From Candidatus Eiseniibacteriota bacterium (GTDB lineage Bacteria > Eisenbacteria > RBG-16-71-46 > DASYSL01), in the NCBI GenBank assembly GCA_031431875.1, contig JANPEF010000093.1, positions 1 through 31,920 on the forward strand: a stretch of DNA of 31,920 bases, read 5' to 3'. Below, in pieces: positions 17,489 through 28,434 of the stretch; positions within the stretch are counted from its first letter, which is position 1, and each line of letters starts with the position of its first letter. The notes under the pieces were generated by a model. That model worked only from the letters and a program-made list of their open reading frames with translations. It did no database searches and was not told the DNA's origin. Made by a program: the position numbers and the translations under genes.

Positions 17489-17606
17489 GGACAGCCTGTC
17501 TTCGGAGGCGCGCCTCGAGCGGCGATCCGAATCTTCGGATCGTCACGACTCGACAATTGGAGTCTGCGCCTGTCCGGGGACGAATCGCAACAACAAGTCG
17601 ATTCCT

Positions 17607-17639
17607 GGCGCGCGACCGGCGCGCGACCGGCGCGTGACC
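17607..17639. repeat. 3 x 11-bp tandem repeat GGCGCG(C/T)GACC
   Basis: 17607-17617, 17618-17628, 17629-17639; intergenic, upstream of the HNH gene. Confidence 0.8.
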
Positions 17640-17713
17640 GGCCCGGCGTGAGACGTGGGCCGTACGGCACCGTCCAACGACCCGCCGGACCGCAACGAGC
17701 GCCCGTCAATCGC

Positions 17714-18871
17714 CTACGATTTCGTCACCCCCGACTTGCGAACTTCCGTCGCGCTCCAGTCATCCGCCACGGTCCGTCCCGGACCGTAGGACGTGAACAG
17801 CTTGCCCCACTCACTCTGCAGGATCGTCTCGACGCGCGGCTTGCCGACGAACGGGTACCAGTAGGCGTCGTGATACAGCCGCGAAGCGGCAAAAGCCCAG
17901 GGCACGATCGGAGTCCGTAGAAGAAAGTGTTCCAGCGGCTTCAAGGGCCCCCAGTAGATGAGCTTCTGGCCGCGCGAGGCCATGGTGTCCTCGCCGGGCG
18001 AGAAGTGGAGGTTGACCCCGGAGACGTCGTCGCCGACGAGCTCGATCTCGGCCGGGTCGCCCACGCCCAGGCCCGCCTCGTGCGCCAGGCGGATGTACTT
18101 GAGCCCCATCGGGTCGATGCCCATGAGCTTCGCGCCGATCGCGTCGATGGCGACCATGTCGTTCGAGGCGAGGATCAGGTTGGCGATGCGAGGGCGCATC
18201 GCGCGCGGGCCGGGCCCGTCGCCGGCGACCGTGCCATCCATGATGGCGAACAGCCCGGGGTGGATCTCCTTCTGGATGGCGAGCAGGTCGACCAGCGTCT
18301 CGTGGATCACCGCGTGCGTCCAGTGGCGATTCTCCTGGAGCAGGCCGCCGAACGCGTTCTTCATCGCGCCGGTCGTCGTGGTGAAGACGTGCGTCTTCAA
18401 GGTCGGCATGTGGATCACGTTGCTGCCGATCAGGCGCTTGGGCACGAGAATGCCCTTGGGGAATACCTCGTTCAGCACCCGCATCTTCGCCTTCGGCTCG
18501 TACTTCACCCACTCGGTGCCGGGCTCGTTCAGGTACTGGATGTCGACCTTCGCGCGATCGAGCACCGGCTGCAGGTTGTTGTTCACCGCGCCGACGCGGC
18601 AGTCGACGACCACGGTGCGATTCTGCGCGGCGTAGATCTTTTCGCGCGGATGGCCGATCGCGACCAGCTTGTCGATCGCCGCCTCGAGCTGCCACGGCGT
18701 CGTCGAACACGCCGGCATGTAGACATGCCACGAGATGTTGATACGCAGCGACGTCTCGGGACCCACGGGCAGCGCCTCGCGGATGCCGGCCAGGTCCATG
18801 AGCCGCGCGTAGTCCTCGCGCACGGTCTGTGGATTCGTGAACAGGACGGCAACCTTCGAACGGGGGGTCAC
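17714..18871 (-). CDS. DUF362 domain-containing protein, 385 aa
   Basis: GTG 18871 in a GTGA overlap with the ACAD stop; INISWH..PACSTTPWQL, PTLKTHVFTTTTGAMKNAFG, IMDGT.AGDGPGP, ILASNDMVAIDA. Confidence 0.85.
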   Translation of the reverse strand: MTPRSKVAVLFTNPQTVREDYARLMDLAGIREALPVGPETSLRINISWHVYMPACSTTPWQLEAAIDKLVAIGHPREKIYAAQNRTVVVDCRVGAVNNNLQPVLDRAKVDIQYLNEPGTEWVKYEPKAKMRVLNEVFPKGILVPKRLIGSNVIHMPTLKTHVFTTTTGAMKNAFGGLLQENRHWTHAVIHETLVDLLAIQKEIHPGLFAIMDGTVAGDGPGPRAMRPRIANLILASNDMVAIDAIGAKLMGIDPMGLKYIRLAHEAGLGVGDPAEIELVGDDVSGVNLHFSPGEDTMASRGQKLIYWGPLKPLEHFLLRTPIVPWAFAASRLYHDAYWYPFVGKPRVETILQSEWGKLFTSYGPGRTVADDWSATEVRKSGVTKS

Positions 18872-20070
18872 GAGGCGGTCTCCGTGGGGTGGGTCGCCGG
18901 CGCGGCATCGAGCTGCGCGGCGGCGGCGGCGGCGACCAGTTCGCGGGCGATGACGATGCGCTGGATCTCGCTGGCGCCCTCGTAGATCTCGGTCACGCGC
19001 GCGTCGCGGTAGTAGCGCTCGACCGGGTACTCCTTCACGTAGCCGTAGCCGCCGTGGATCTGGATCGCACGATGGGTGACGAACGTCGCGGCCTCCGAGG
19101 CGTACAGCTTCGCCATCGAGGCGTCGATGCGGTGCGGCAAGCCATTCATCTTCTTCCACGCGGCGCGGTGAACGAGCAGGCGGGCGCCGGCAACGCGGCG
19201 CTCCATCTCGGCGATGAGGAACGCCACCGGCTGGTGCTCGTGCAGCTTCTTGCCAAACGTCACGCGTGTGTCCGCATACTTCACCGCTTCGGCGAAGGCC
19301 GCGCCAGCGATTCCCAGCGACTGGGCGCCGATGCCGATCCGCCCGCCGTCGAGTGTGCTCATCGCGATCTTGAAGCCCTGGCCCTCGGCGCCGAGCCGGT
19401 TCGCCACGGGCACGCGGCAGTCCTGCAGCGCGAGCTCAACCGTGTCCGAGGCCCTGAGCCCCATCTTGTCCTCGTGCTTCCCGACCGAGAACCCCGGCAG
19501 GTCGGGCGTGACGAGGAACGCGGTGATGCCACGCGGGCCCACAGCGGGATCCGGATCCGTGCGCGCGAACAGCACGATGACGCCCGCCTGGGCTCCGTTG
19601 GTGACCCAGTTCTTCGTGCCGTTGAGGACGTAGTGATCGCCGTCGAGCCGCGCTGCGCACGACAGGCTGGCCGCGTCGGAGCCCGCGCCGGGCTCGGACA
19701 GCGAGAACGCACCGAGCGTACCGGCGGTCAACAACGGCAGGAAGCGGGCCTTCTGCTCGTCCGTGCCGTAGGTGACGAGCGGCCAGCAGCACACCGAGTT
19801 GTGGACCGAGATCATGACCGACAGCGCGGCCGAGACGCGCGCCAGTTCCTCGAGCGCGATGGCGTAGGCCAGCGCGTCGTAGCCCACGCCGCCGTGCTCC
19901 TCGGGAACGAGCAGGCCGTAGAAGCCCAGCTCGGCGAGTTGCGCGAGCGCGGCGGTCGGCAGGATCCTGTCGTGGTCCCACGCCGCGGCATGCGGCGCGA
20001 ATTCGCTGGTGGCGAGGTCGCGGATCATGTCGCGCACCTGCTGGTGGTCGGGCGAGAGCCGGAAGTCCAC
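18868..20070 (-). CDS. Acyl-CoA dehydrogenase (short/branched-chain type), 400 aa
   Basis: [73 protein letters not shown] start 20070. Confidence 0.93.
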   Translation of the reverse strand: MDFRLSPDHQQVRDMIRDLATSEFAPHAAAWDHDRILPTAALAQLAELGFYGLLVPEEHGGVGYDALAYAIALEELARVSAALSVMISVHNSVCCWPLVTYGTDEQKARFLPLLTAGTLGAFSLSEPGAGSDAASLSCAARLDGDHYVLNGTKNWVTNGAQAGVIVLFARTDPDPAVGPRGITAFLVTPDLPGFSVGKHEDKMGLRASDTVELALQDCRVPVANRLGAEGQGFKIAMSTLDGGRIGIGAQSLGIAGAAFAEAVKYADTRVTFGKKLHEHQPVAFLIAEMERRVAGARLLVHRAAWKKMNGLPHRIDASMAKLYASEAATFVTHRAIQIHGGYGYVKEYPVERYYRDARVTEIYEGASEIQRIVIARELVAAAAAAQLDAAPATHPTETAS

Positions 20071-20072
20071 GC

Positions 20073-21220
20073 TCAGACCCCCGCCGTGACGGCATGCCGG
20101 GCGACGAGCAGCTTCTGCATCTCGCTCGTGCCCTCGTACAGGGTCGTGACGCGGGCGTCGCGGGCGTAGCGCTCGACGCCCGTCGCCTCGAGATACCCCC
20201 AGCCGCCGTGCACCTGGATGCAGCGGTCGGCGCAGCGCACCGCCGCCTCGCTGGCCGTCCACTTGGCGCGGGCCGACAGGTGCGCGAAATCCTCGCCGCG
20301 ATCGCGCGCAGTCGCGGCCTCGTGGGTGAACAGTCGTGCGATGTCGCGCTCGACGGCCATGTCGGCGAGCATCTCGCCCACGCCGCCGAACTGCGCCAAT
20401 TCCTTGCCGAACTGCCGGCGCGTGCGGGCGTACGCGACCGCGCGGTCGGTCGTCTCCGCGGCGATGCCCACGGCTTGCGCGGCCACGCCGATGCGGCCGA
20501 CGTTAAGCGCGGCGAGTGCGATCTTCATCCCCTGCCCGGGCTCGCCCAGGAGCGCGTCGGCGGGCAGGCGCACATTCTCGAAGTGGAGCGTGCGCACATC
20601 GGCCGGGTGAAGGCCCATCGTGCGCTCGCGCTCCCCGCGCGTGATGCCCCCGGCAGCGCCGGGAACGAGGAACGCGGCGAGGCCCTTCCCTCCGGCGGCG
20701 GGATCGGTCGTCGCAACCACGAGGAAGAGCCCCGCGGGGCCGCCGTTGGTGACCATCACCTTCTCGCCGTTGAGCACCCAGCCTTCGCCATCCTGCCGCG
20801 CATGCGTGCGCACCGCACCGGCGTCGCTGCCCGCCTCGCGCTCAGTGACCGCAAAGGCGCCCAGCATCTCGCCACGCGCCAGCCGCGGCAGCCATGCGGC
20901 CTTCTGCGCGGCGGTGCCGAAGGTGAGCAGCGGAACGCCGACCAGCGTCGCATGCACCGAGACGAGGATCGCGTGTGCCGGCGAGACGCGCGCCAGCTCC
21001 TCGAGCACGACCGCATAGGCGAGCGTGTCGAGCCCGGCGCCGCCGTGCTCGCCCGGCCAGTGGATCGCGAGAAATCCGTCGCGCGCAAGCGCGACGACGT
21101 GTTCGGCCGGAAAGGTTCGCTCCGCATCGAGCGCGGCGATCGTGGGACGGATCACTCGCTCCGCGAACAAGCGGGCGCGGGCCTGGAGCTCGAGGTGCGC
21201 AGGCGGAAGCGCGAAGTCCA

Positions 21221-21221
<1 letters not shown>
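20073..21221 (-). CDS. Acyl-CoA dehydrogenase family protein (more divergent), 382 aa
   Basis: GAFAVTEREAGSDA, NGEKVMVTNG, GRIGVAAQ, QVHGGWGY, RDARVTTLYEGTSE; TGATG overlap with hbd. Confidence 0.9.
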
Positions 21222-22068
<847 letters not shown>

Positions 22069-22072
<4 letters not shown>

Positions 22073-23256
22073 GCGTACGCCTCGACGGACAGCGCGACGG
22101 CATTGCCGCCGCCCAGGCACAGCGTGGCGAGGCCCGACTGAGCCCCGCGGTCCTTCATCGCGTACAGCAGCGTCACCAGCACGCGCGCGCCCGAGGCGCC
22201 GATGGGATGGCCCAGCGCGACCGCGCCGCCGTTGACGTTGACGCGGTTCCAGTCCCAGCCCAGTTCCTTCCCGTCGGCCAGGGCCTGCACGGCGAACGCC
22301 TCGTTGGCTTCGATCAGGTCGAACGAGTCGATCTTCTTCCCGCTCTGCGCGAGCAGCTTGTTCACCGCCACGACCGGCGCGTAGAACAGCATCTTCGGGT
22401 CGCCGCCGCCGGTCGCGTAGCCGGTGATCTTCGCCAGCGGCACGAGGCCGCGGCGCAGCGCCTCCTGCTCTTCCATCACGATCAGCGCGGCGCCGCCGTC
22501 GTTGAGGCCCGGCGCGTTGCCGGCGGTGACCGTACCGTCCTTCTGGAACGCGGTCGGCAGCTTGGCCAGGCCCTCGATCGTGGTGTCGGGGCGCACCGGC
22601 TCGTCGTCGGCGATCACGATCGGGTCGCCCTTCCTCTGCGCGATGCTCACGGACACGATCTCGTCCTTGAACCTGCCGGCGGCCATCGCGGCGGCAGCCT
22701 TCTTGTGCGACTGCACAGAGAACTCGTCCTGCTCGACGCGGCCGATCTTCGAATTCGCGGCGGTGAACTCGGCGAGCGCGCCCATGTGGCAGTCGTTGAA
22801 CGAGCACCACAGCCCGTCCTTGACCACGCCGTCCACCAGCTTGGTGTCGCCCAGCTTCACGCCGGTGCGGCCGGTGTAGAGGTAGTGCGGCACGTTCGAC
22901 ATCGACTCCATGCCGCCGGCGACGACGATCTTCGCATCGCCCGCGCGCACGGCCTGGGCAGCGAGCATCACGGCCTTGAGGCCGGATCCGCACACCTTGT
23001 TGATCGTGAGCGCGCCGATCGCCGGATCGATGCCGGCGGCGAGCTGTGCCTGCCGCGCCGGCGCCTGCCCGGCGCCGCCCTGGACCACGTGGCCCATGAT
23101 GACCTCGTCGGGATCGGAGGCACCGAGGCCCGCGCGCTTCATGGCCTCGGCGATCGCGATGCCACCGAGCTTCGGCGCCGCGAGCGGCGACAGCCCGCCG
23201 AGGAACTTTCCGATGGGCGTCCGTGCGCCCGCGACGATGACCGGGGTGAAGCTCAT
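22069..23256 (-). CDS. Acetyl-CoA C-acetyltransferase (thiolase), 395 aa
   Basis: [42 protein letters not shown] overlap with the upstream ACAD. Confidence 0.95.
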
Positions 23257-24437
23257 CCCTTCTCTCCTTCCCAGGCATAGCCCGCGTCCTTCAACAGGTG
23301 CTTGGCGATGACGATGCGCTGGATCTCGCTCGTGCCCTCGCCGATCTCCATGAGCTTGGCGTCGCGGTAGTAGCGCTCGACATGCATCTCGCGCATGTAG
23401 CCCATGCCGCCGTGGATCTGGATCGCGCGATCGGCGCACCAGGTCGAGGCTTCCGAGGCGTACAGCTTCGCCATCGCGCCCTCCTTCTGGTACGGCAGGC
23501 CGTGATCCTTGCGCCACGCCGCGTCGTAGACGAGGTGCCGCGCGGCCTGGATCTTCAGGGCCATGTCCGCGAGCATGAACTGGATGGCCTGGAACTCGGC
23601 GATGGGCTTGCCGAACTGCTTGCGCTCCATCGCGTACTTCACGGCCGCGTCGTAGGCGCCCTGGGCAATCCCCAGCGACAGCGCACCGATCGAGATGCGC
23701 CCGCCGGCGAGCGTCGAGAGGAACTGCTTGTAGCCCATGTTCTCGGCGCCCAGCAGCTGGTCGGCCGGAACGAACATGTCCTCGAAGTGCAGTTCGACGG
23801 TGTCGGACGAGCGCAGGCCCATCTTGTTCTCGCGCTTGCCCACCTTGAAGCCGGGGGTGTTCGACTCGATGATGAACGAGCTGATGCCGCGCGTTCCCTT
23901 CGTCTTGTCGGTCTTCGCGGTGAAGACGATGACCTCGGCGACCGAGCCGTTGGTGATGTAGATCTTCGTGCCGTTGACGCGCCAGCCGCCGTCGTCGCGC
24001 ACGGCGGTGGTCTGCGTGCCGCCGGCATCGGAGCCCGCGTTGGGCTCGGTGAGCCCGAAGGCGCCCAGCGCCTTCCCCGAGGCCATGCGCGCGAGGTACT
24101 TCTTCTTCTGCGCCTCGGTGCCGAACGCGTTGATCGGGCCGCAGCCCAGCGAGACGTGCGCGGCGAGCGTGATCCCGAGCGATGCGTCGACGCGTCCGAT
24201 CTCCTCGACCGCGATGCAGTAGGCGAGCGTGTCGAGCCCGGTGCCGCCGACCTCCTCGCTGTAGGGCAACCCGAGGAAACCGAGCTCCGCCATCTGGCGG
24301 ACCAGGTCGGCCGGGAACTCCTCGTGCTCGTCGCGGTGCGCCGCCCCGGGCAACACGGCCTCGAGGGCGAACTTGCGCGCCGCGTCGCGCACCTGGAGGT
24401 GCTCTTCGCGCAGCAGCTGTTCCATCACAGTGGACAT
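23253..24437 (-). CDS. Acyl-CoA dehydrogenase, 394 aa
   Basis: [58 protein letters not shown] 24437 with GGAG RBS. Confidence 0.93.
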   Translation of the reverse strand: MSTVMEQLLREEHLQVRDAARKFALEAVLPGAAHRDEHEEFPADLVRQMAELGFLGLPYSEEVGGTGLDTLAYCIAVEEIGRVDASLGITLAAHVSLGCGPINAFGTEAQKKKYLARMASGKALGAFGLTEPNAGSDAGGTQTTAVRDDGGWRVNGTKIYITNGSVAEVIVFTAKTDKTKGTRGISSFIIESNTPGFKVGKRENKMGLRSSDTVELHFEDMFVPADQLLGAENMGYKQFLSTLAGGRISIGALSLGIAQGAYDAAVKYAMERKQFGKPIAEFQAIQFMLADMALKIQAARHLVYDAAWRKDHGLPYQKEGAMAKLYASEASTWCADRAIQIHGGMGYMREMHVERYYRDAKLMEIGEGTSEIQRIVIAKHLLKDAGYAWEGEKG

Positions 24438-24545
24438 GCGATCTCCGGGTCGGCCTGGATGCGGCGCGTCGCGGGATGGGGCCGGGCGGCCCCGCTCCGG
24501 AGGGACGAGCGGCGCAGGGGGTTCAAGAAACGACGGTGTCCCCGC

Positions 24546-24574
24546 ATTGTAGCGGGCGGACGCCCCCCGCTCAA
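24546..24574 (-). promoter_or_regulatory. sigma70 promoter of the acyl-CoA operon
   Basis: TTGAGC-17 nt-TACAAT on the minus strand; the -35 overlaps the upstream gene's TGA; the -10 sits inside the inverted repeat CCCGC/GCGGG (24541-24556). Confidence 0.65.
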
Positions 24575-25503
24575 GGCCGGCCGGGACCGCCCGCGCTGAG
24601 CGTGCGCGCCTGCGCCTCGACCGACCCGCGCATCCGCTCGAACGCCGCGCGCCCGTCGTCGAGCGCTCCCGCGAAACGCGACTCGAGGTCGGCGCGGTCG
24701 AGCGCGCGCCCGCTCGCGTACCAGCTCTTCGCCACCTGGCCGATCGCCCAGGTCGCGGCAAACGTCGCGGCCGCGCCGGTCGCGGCGTCGACCACCCCGC
24801 CGATCATCCCGCCGCCAAAGCGGCCCGCAAGCCGGCCGAGCAGCCGACGCGCGAAGCCCTCGATCGCCTGGCCGCCCAGGCCCAGCCCGACGGTGGCGAG
24901 CAGCTCCTTCGCATGGCCCGCGTCGACCCGGTGGCCATAGGCGGTCCCGATGTCGGCGACGAGCTTCAGCTGCAGCGGCACGATTCCGAGCGTGGCCAGT
25001 CCCTGCGGCAACAGTTCGAGCGCGGCGGCGAACACCGCGGCCTGGCGAATCGTCTCGTCGAGCGCGGCTTCGTCCGCCAGCACGGGAGTTGCGGGCGTCG
25101 CTGCGGAGAACGCGGCCTCGATCGCCGACATTGGTGCTGGCAGGAGGTGCGGTGCCACAGGAGCGTCGACCTGTGCGGCGTGCTCGGCCGGCATTCCGAG
25201 AGCGACACGGAGCTGCTCGAGGAATGCCCGCTCCCCGGGCGTGATCGAACCGTCGGCGTGGCAGACGCCGAGCGCGAGCTCCCACGCCGCCGTGCGCAAC
25301 TCGGGCGTGACCAGCGCCTGCGCCTCTTCCTCGAGCGTCGCGGTGCCGAGTGCGACGTGCGCGTTGACGCTCGCGATCCCGGCGATGCCGAACGACTCGA
25401 ACGTGGCGGTCAGGACATCGCGCTCGGTACGGTCGCGCCGGCCGTCCGACTGCGCAGCGAGCAAACCGATGGTGGCCAGGGCTTCGTGTTCGCGGGAGTT
25501 CAT
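24571..25503 (-). CDS. TerB-like N-terminal domain plus DUF697/YcjF-like C-terminal domain protein, 310 aa
   Basis: Two TerB-like motifs (AAQSDGRRDRTER, VCHADGSITPGER); C-terminal IVPLQLKLVADIG.AYG and Gly/Ala-rich helices ..ATWAIG; GAGG RBS. Confidence 0.7.
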   Translation of the reverse strand: MNSREHEALATIGLLAAQSDGRRDRTERDVLTATFESFGIAGIASVNAHVALGTATLEEEAQALVTPELRTAAWELALGVCHADGSITPGERAFLEQLRVALGMPAEHAAQVDAPVAPHLLPAPMSAIEAAFSAATPATPVLADEAALDETIRQAAVFAAALELLPQGLATLGIVPLQLKLVADIGTAYGHRVDAGHAKELLATVGLGLGGQAIEGFARRLLGRLAGRFGGGMIGGVVDAATGAAATFAATWAIGQVAKSWYASGRALDRADLESRFAGALDDGRAAFERMRGSVEAQARTLSAGGPGRP

Positions 25504-25510
25504 GGCGTCC

Positions 25511-26464
25511 TCACTGGGGTGTGGGAATCGGTGCGGCAGCGGGTGCATCGTGTGCGGCCGGCTCGGGCGCCGGTGTCAGGATGTCGAGCGCCAGCCGCCA
25601 GCGCTTGCCATCGGGATTGCGCCAGACGTGCAAGAACGCCTGCCGCGCGCCGTCGGGCGGCGTGACCGTTCCGTAGGTGTAGCCCACGTCGCCCTCGGCC
25701 GACGCAGCACCGGCGGGCTCGCTCCATTGCAGGGCGGTCTGCGCCCACGCCGCGCCAAGCGCCTCCCCGGCGACGGCCGAGCCGATGCTCGGCGGCGACT
25801 CAGCCCGACCGACGCGCACGTCGCGATCGGCATGCGTCGCCAGCGCGCGCGCCCAGCCGCCCTGGCCGATGGCGGCGGCGTACATACCTTCGGCCGCGAA
25901 CAACGTCCTGTCGGCGGTCCGCTGCGAAGCCCGGGGCGTCTTCGGCTTGCGTGATGCATCGCCGGCACGCGACCAGGTCAGCGACTCGGCGGGGCCGCGC
26001 TCGTGTCCGTGCCCGGCGTCGATCACCGCGCGCAGCGTGCCGTCGGCCTGGCGCCGCCACACCGTCGCGTAGTGGCCGAAGGCGATCGGCGCGTCGGCGG
26101 CCGTGCGCCGGAAGTCCCACGGACCCGTCGTCCAGCCCAGGTCGCCGCCGACGGAGACCTCGGCATAACACGGCTCCCAGGCGAGCCGGGCATCGGGATT
26201 CCCTGGATGGGTCGCCAGCCACGCCTGTCCGTCGACGGGACCCGGCCGGAACAGGATTGCCTGCGGTGCGAGCGCGGCGATGAACGCGGGCGTGACCCCG
26301 CGCGCCGCGGCATCGGCCGCGAAGGCGCGCTCGGCCGCGACGAACTCCGCGACATCCGACGGCGGCGGCGAGGATGCAGGGCCGGCGCCGGCAGCGATGG
26401 ACGGTCCGCCCATGATCAACAGCGGCAGGGCGAAGCAGAAACGCGAAATGGAACGAGGTGACAT
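25511..26464 (-). CDS. Exported tandem NTF2-like (DUF4440) protein, 317 aa
   Basis: Signal peptide; two repeats AAE..(F/Y)A...L.W.P....S..GD(L/V)G(W/Y)T.G...VWR...DG; GGAG RBS before ATG 26464. Confidence 0.78.
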   Translation of the reverse strand: MSPRSISRFCFALPLLIMGGPSIAAGAGPASSPPPSDVAEFVAAERAFAADAAARGVTPAFIAALAPQAILFRPGPVDGQAWLATHPGNPDARLAWEPCYAEVSVGGDLGWTTGPWDFRRTAADAPIAFGHYATVWRRQADGTLRAVIDAGHGHERGPAESLTWSRAGDASRKPKTPRASQRTADRTLFAAEGMYAAAIGQGGWARALATHADRDVRVGRAESPPSIGSAVAGEALGAAWAQTALQWSEPAGAASAEGDVGYTYGTVTPPDGARQAFLHVWRNPDGKRWRLALDILTPAPEPAAHDAPAAAPIPTPQ

Positions 26465-26579
26465 GGGGATCTCCCGGGGCGCGCACGCCCCCTGACCCGA
26501 TCGCCCCCAGCATGCACCCGCGGGCGGCACGACGCCAGCGCCGCGCGCACGGTGCTCAGCGCCGCGACCGGACCAGAGC

Positions 26580-27461
26580 TCATGCCCCGGCGTTGCGGTC
26601 GTAGGGCAGCGGCGCGTCCGCGGCCGGCCACCAGCGCTTGAGCGTGCGCACGTAGAACGGAAGCACGATCAGGACCAGCACCAGGCCGCCCGCGACGAGC
26701 CAGCCCGCGTCGTCACGCACGGAAGAGGCTGCGGCCGCAACGCCCGCGTCGGCGCTCGGGCCAAGCATCAACGTTGCGGCGTAGATCAGGCCGTTGTTCG
26801 TCGCGTGTGCAGCGATGGGCACCCACAGCGAGCCCGTCCGCGCGTAGAGCACCGCGAGTGCGATCCCGATCAGGAACGCGGTGAACGGGCTGGTGGTGAA
26901 GTGCAGCGCGCCGAAGATCGCCGCCGAGGCGAACACGCCCGTGCGCAGGCCGAACTTCCTCGCCCAGCGCGCGAACAACAGCCCGCGGAAGATGAACTCC
27001 TCGATCCACGGCGCGAACACCGACACGCCGACCCCGAGCAGCAGGCGCGCGCCCGGCTGGAGCGCGTGGATCTGGCGGTAGAGGAACGAGCTCTCATCGG
27101 ACAGCGCGGTGTCGAACGTGGCCGGCGCGAACAGCCCCACCAGGCCCGAGAAGAGCGCGAGGATCCCGACATTGAGCCCGATCGTGGCAACGCCGAAGCC
27201 GATCGCCGACAGGACGTCCGCGGCCGCGGGGCGAGGGCCGTAGACCCGCGCCACGTCGACGCCGCACAGCCGCGCATAGGCGTGCAGGACGAGACCGAGG
27301 CAGGCGTAGACCACGATCGTCATGAAGCCGACGTCGCGCGCAAGCGGCCAGTGGCCGAAGTACCCGACGGCCGCGACCGGCACCAGCCCGACGACCGCGG
27401 CTACGGCGATGCCGCGCGCGGTGAGCCGGGCGAACGGGTGGATCGGGTCGGATTGGGTCAC
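26580..27461 (-). CDS. CPBP/Abi (CAAX protease-like) intramembrane glutamic endopeptidase
   Basis: APWIEEFIFRG, FGALH, RTGSLW..IAAHATNN; multiple TM segments. Confidence 0.9.
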   Translation of the reverse strand: MTQSDPIHPFARLTARGIAVAAVVGLVPVAAVGYFGHWPLARDVGFMTIVVYACLGLVLHAYARLCGVDVARVYGPRPAAADVLSAIGFGVATIGLNVGILALFSGLVGLFAPATFDTALSDESSFLYRQIHALQPGARLLLGVGVSVFAPWIEEFIFRGLLFARWARKFGLRTGVFASAAIFGALHFTTSPFTAFLIGIALAVLYARTGSLWVPIAAHATNNGLIYAATLMLGPSADAGVAAAASSVRDDAGWLVAGGLVLVLIVLPFYVRTLKRWWPAADAPLPYDRNAGA

Positions 27462-27612
27462 GGGCGGGGGAACAAGTCGGCAGGTTGGGGGCGCATGGGA
27501 TCTCCGGGTCCGCCACCATTAGACGCGAAGCGTGCGCGCGCCGTCCACCTGGCAACCGGAGCGGAGGTGCGAATTCGCGCCGCCGTTTCGATTCGTTACG
27601 TTGCGCGATGCA

Positions 27613-28434
27613 CTAGCGAACGGGCAGTTGCTGATCCTCATCGCTGACGAAGGTGTTGTAGAGGCTGTGGCGGAAGAAGTGTGCGATGAAGATCTGGTGG
27701 TACCACGATTCCACGATGCGACGCCCCAGCAGGTGGTAGGGCAGGCCGAGCCTGATCTCGTCGTGGGCCTGGTTGAACTCGCGAATGGCCAGGCGCTGTC
27801 CGATGTCGTCGCTGTAGAGCTCCATTTCGGTCCCGACCGTGTCGTCGAAATAGGTGAAGACCCGGGGCAGGTGATACTTCTCGTTCGCGACCAGCATGGC
27901 CAGCGCATCGCGGGTCGAGGAGTGGAAGTCGAGGTCGTAGAAGATCGCGCCGATGGGTGCCGGGTCGAACATGTGGAAGAAGTCGACCGAAGTGTCCTTG
28001 ACCTCGCCCAGCACCAGCTTTGCCTTGTGAAGGCGGGCCGTGATACGCGGCACGTCCATCTTGTAGAAGCCCTTCTTCCAGTGGTACGGCAAGTCGCGGT
28101 GGTCCACCGGCTCCGGCAGGCCTTCGCCGGTGTCGAAGCCGTAGATGTCGATCTCGACCCCGAGAGCCCGCGTCACTTCCGCCGCATGTGCCTCGAGGTT
28201 GACCAGGCCGTTGCCGCCGGCAACACCGAACTCGATCGCGCTGATGCGCCTCAGGCCGAGGCGCTTCGCCAGCACGGCCGCGTGGTACAGGCAGTAGGCA
28301 TAGTGGGGTCGTTCGACGGCCCCCAGCTCCACGCGCCACGGATAGTCGCCCAGGCGCAGCGAGCGGATGACCCCACGTGCGATCGTGCGCACCGCGTAGG
28401 GGTCGAGGATCAACGACTGCAGCTTTGCCAGCAT
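27613..28434 (-). CDS. TylF/MycF-like SAM-dependent O-methyltransferase-fold protein, 273 aa
   Basis: IEFGVAGG, YGFDTGEGLP, DLDFHSST, YFDD; AAGGAG RBS; ATG 28434 (alternative GTG 28440). Confidence 0.7.
   Translation of the reverse strand: MLAKLQSLILDPYAVRTIARGVIRSLRLGDYPWRVELGAVERPHYAYCLYHAAVLAKRLGLRRISAIEFGVAGGNGLVNLEAHAAEVTRALGVEIDIYGFDTGEGLPEPVDHRDLPYHWKKGFYKMDVPRITARLHKAKLVLGEVKDTSVDFFHMFDPAPIGAIFYDLDFHSSTRDALAMLVANEKYHLPRVFTYFDDTVGTEMELYSDDIGQRLAIREFNQAHDEIRLGLPYHLLGRRIVESWYHQIFIAHFFRHSLYNTFVSDEDQQLPVR

Noticed and set aside
16376..17920. 514-aa plus-strand ORF with repeated LDLRRRKF
   Set aside because: Antisense to the HNH gene; the repeat is simply the palindrome read on the other strand
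27561..27586. Imperfect hairpin after the methyltransferase as an intrinsic terminator
   Set aside because: Mismatched stem and no U-tract on the coding (minus) strand
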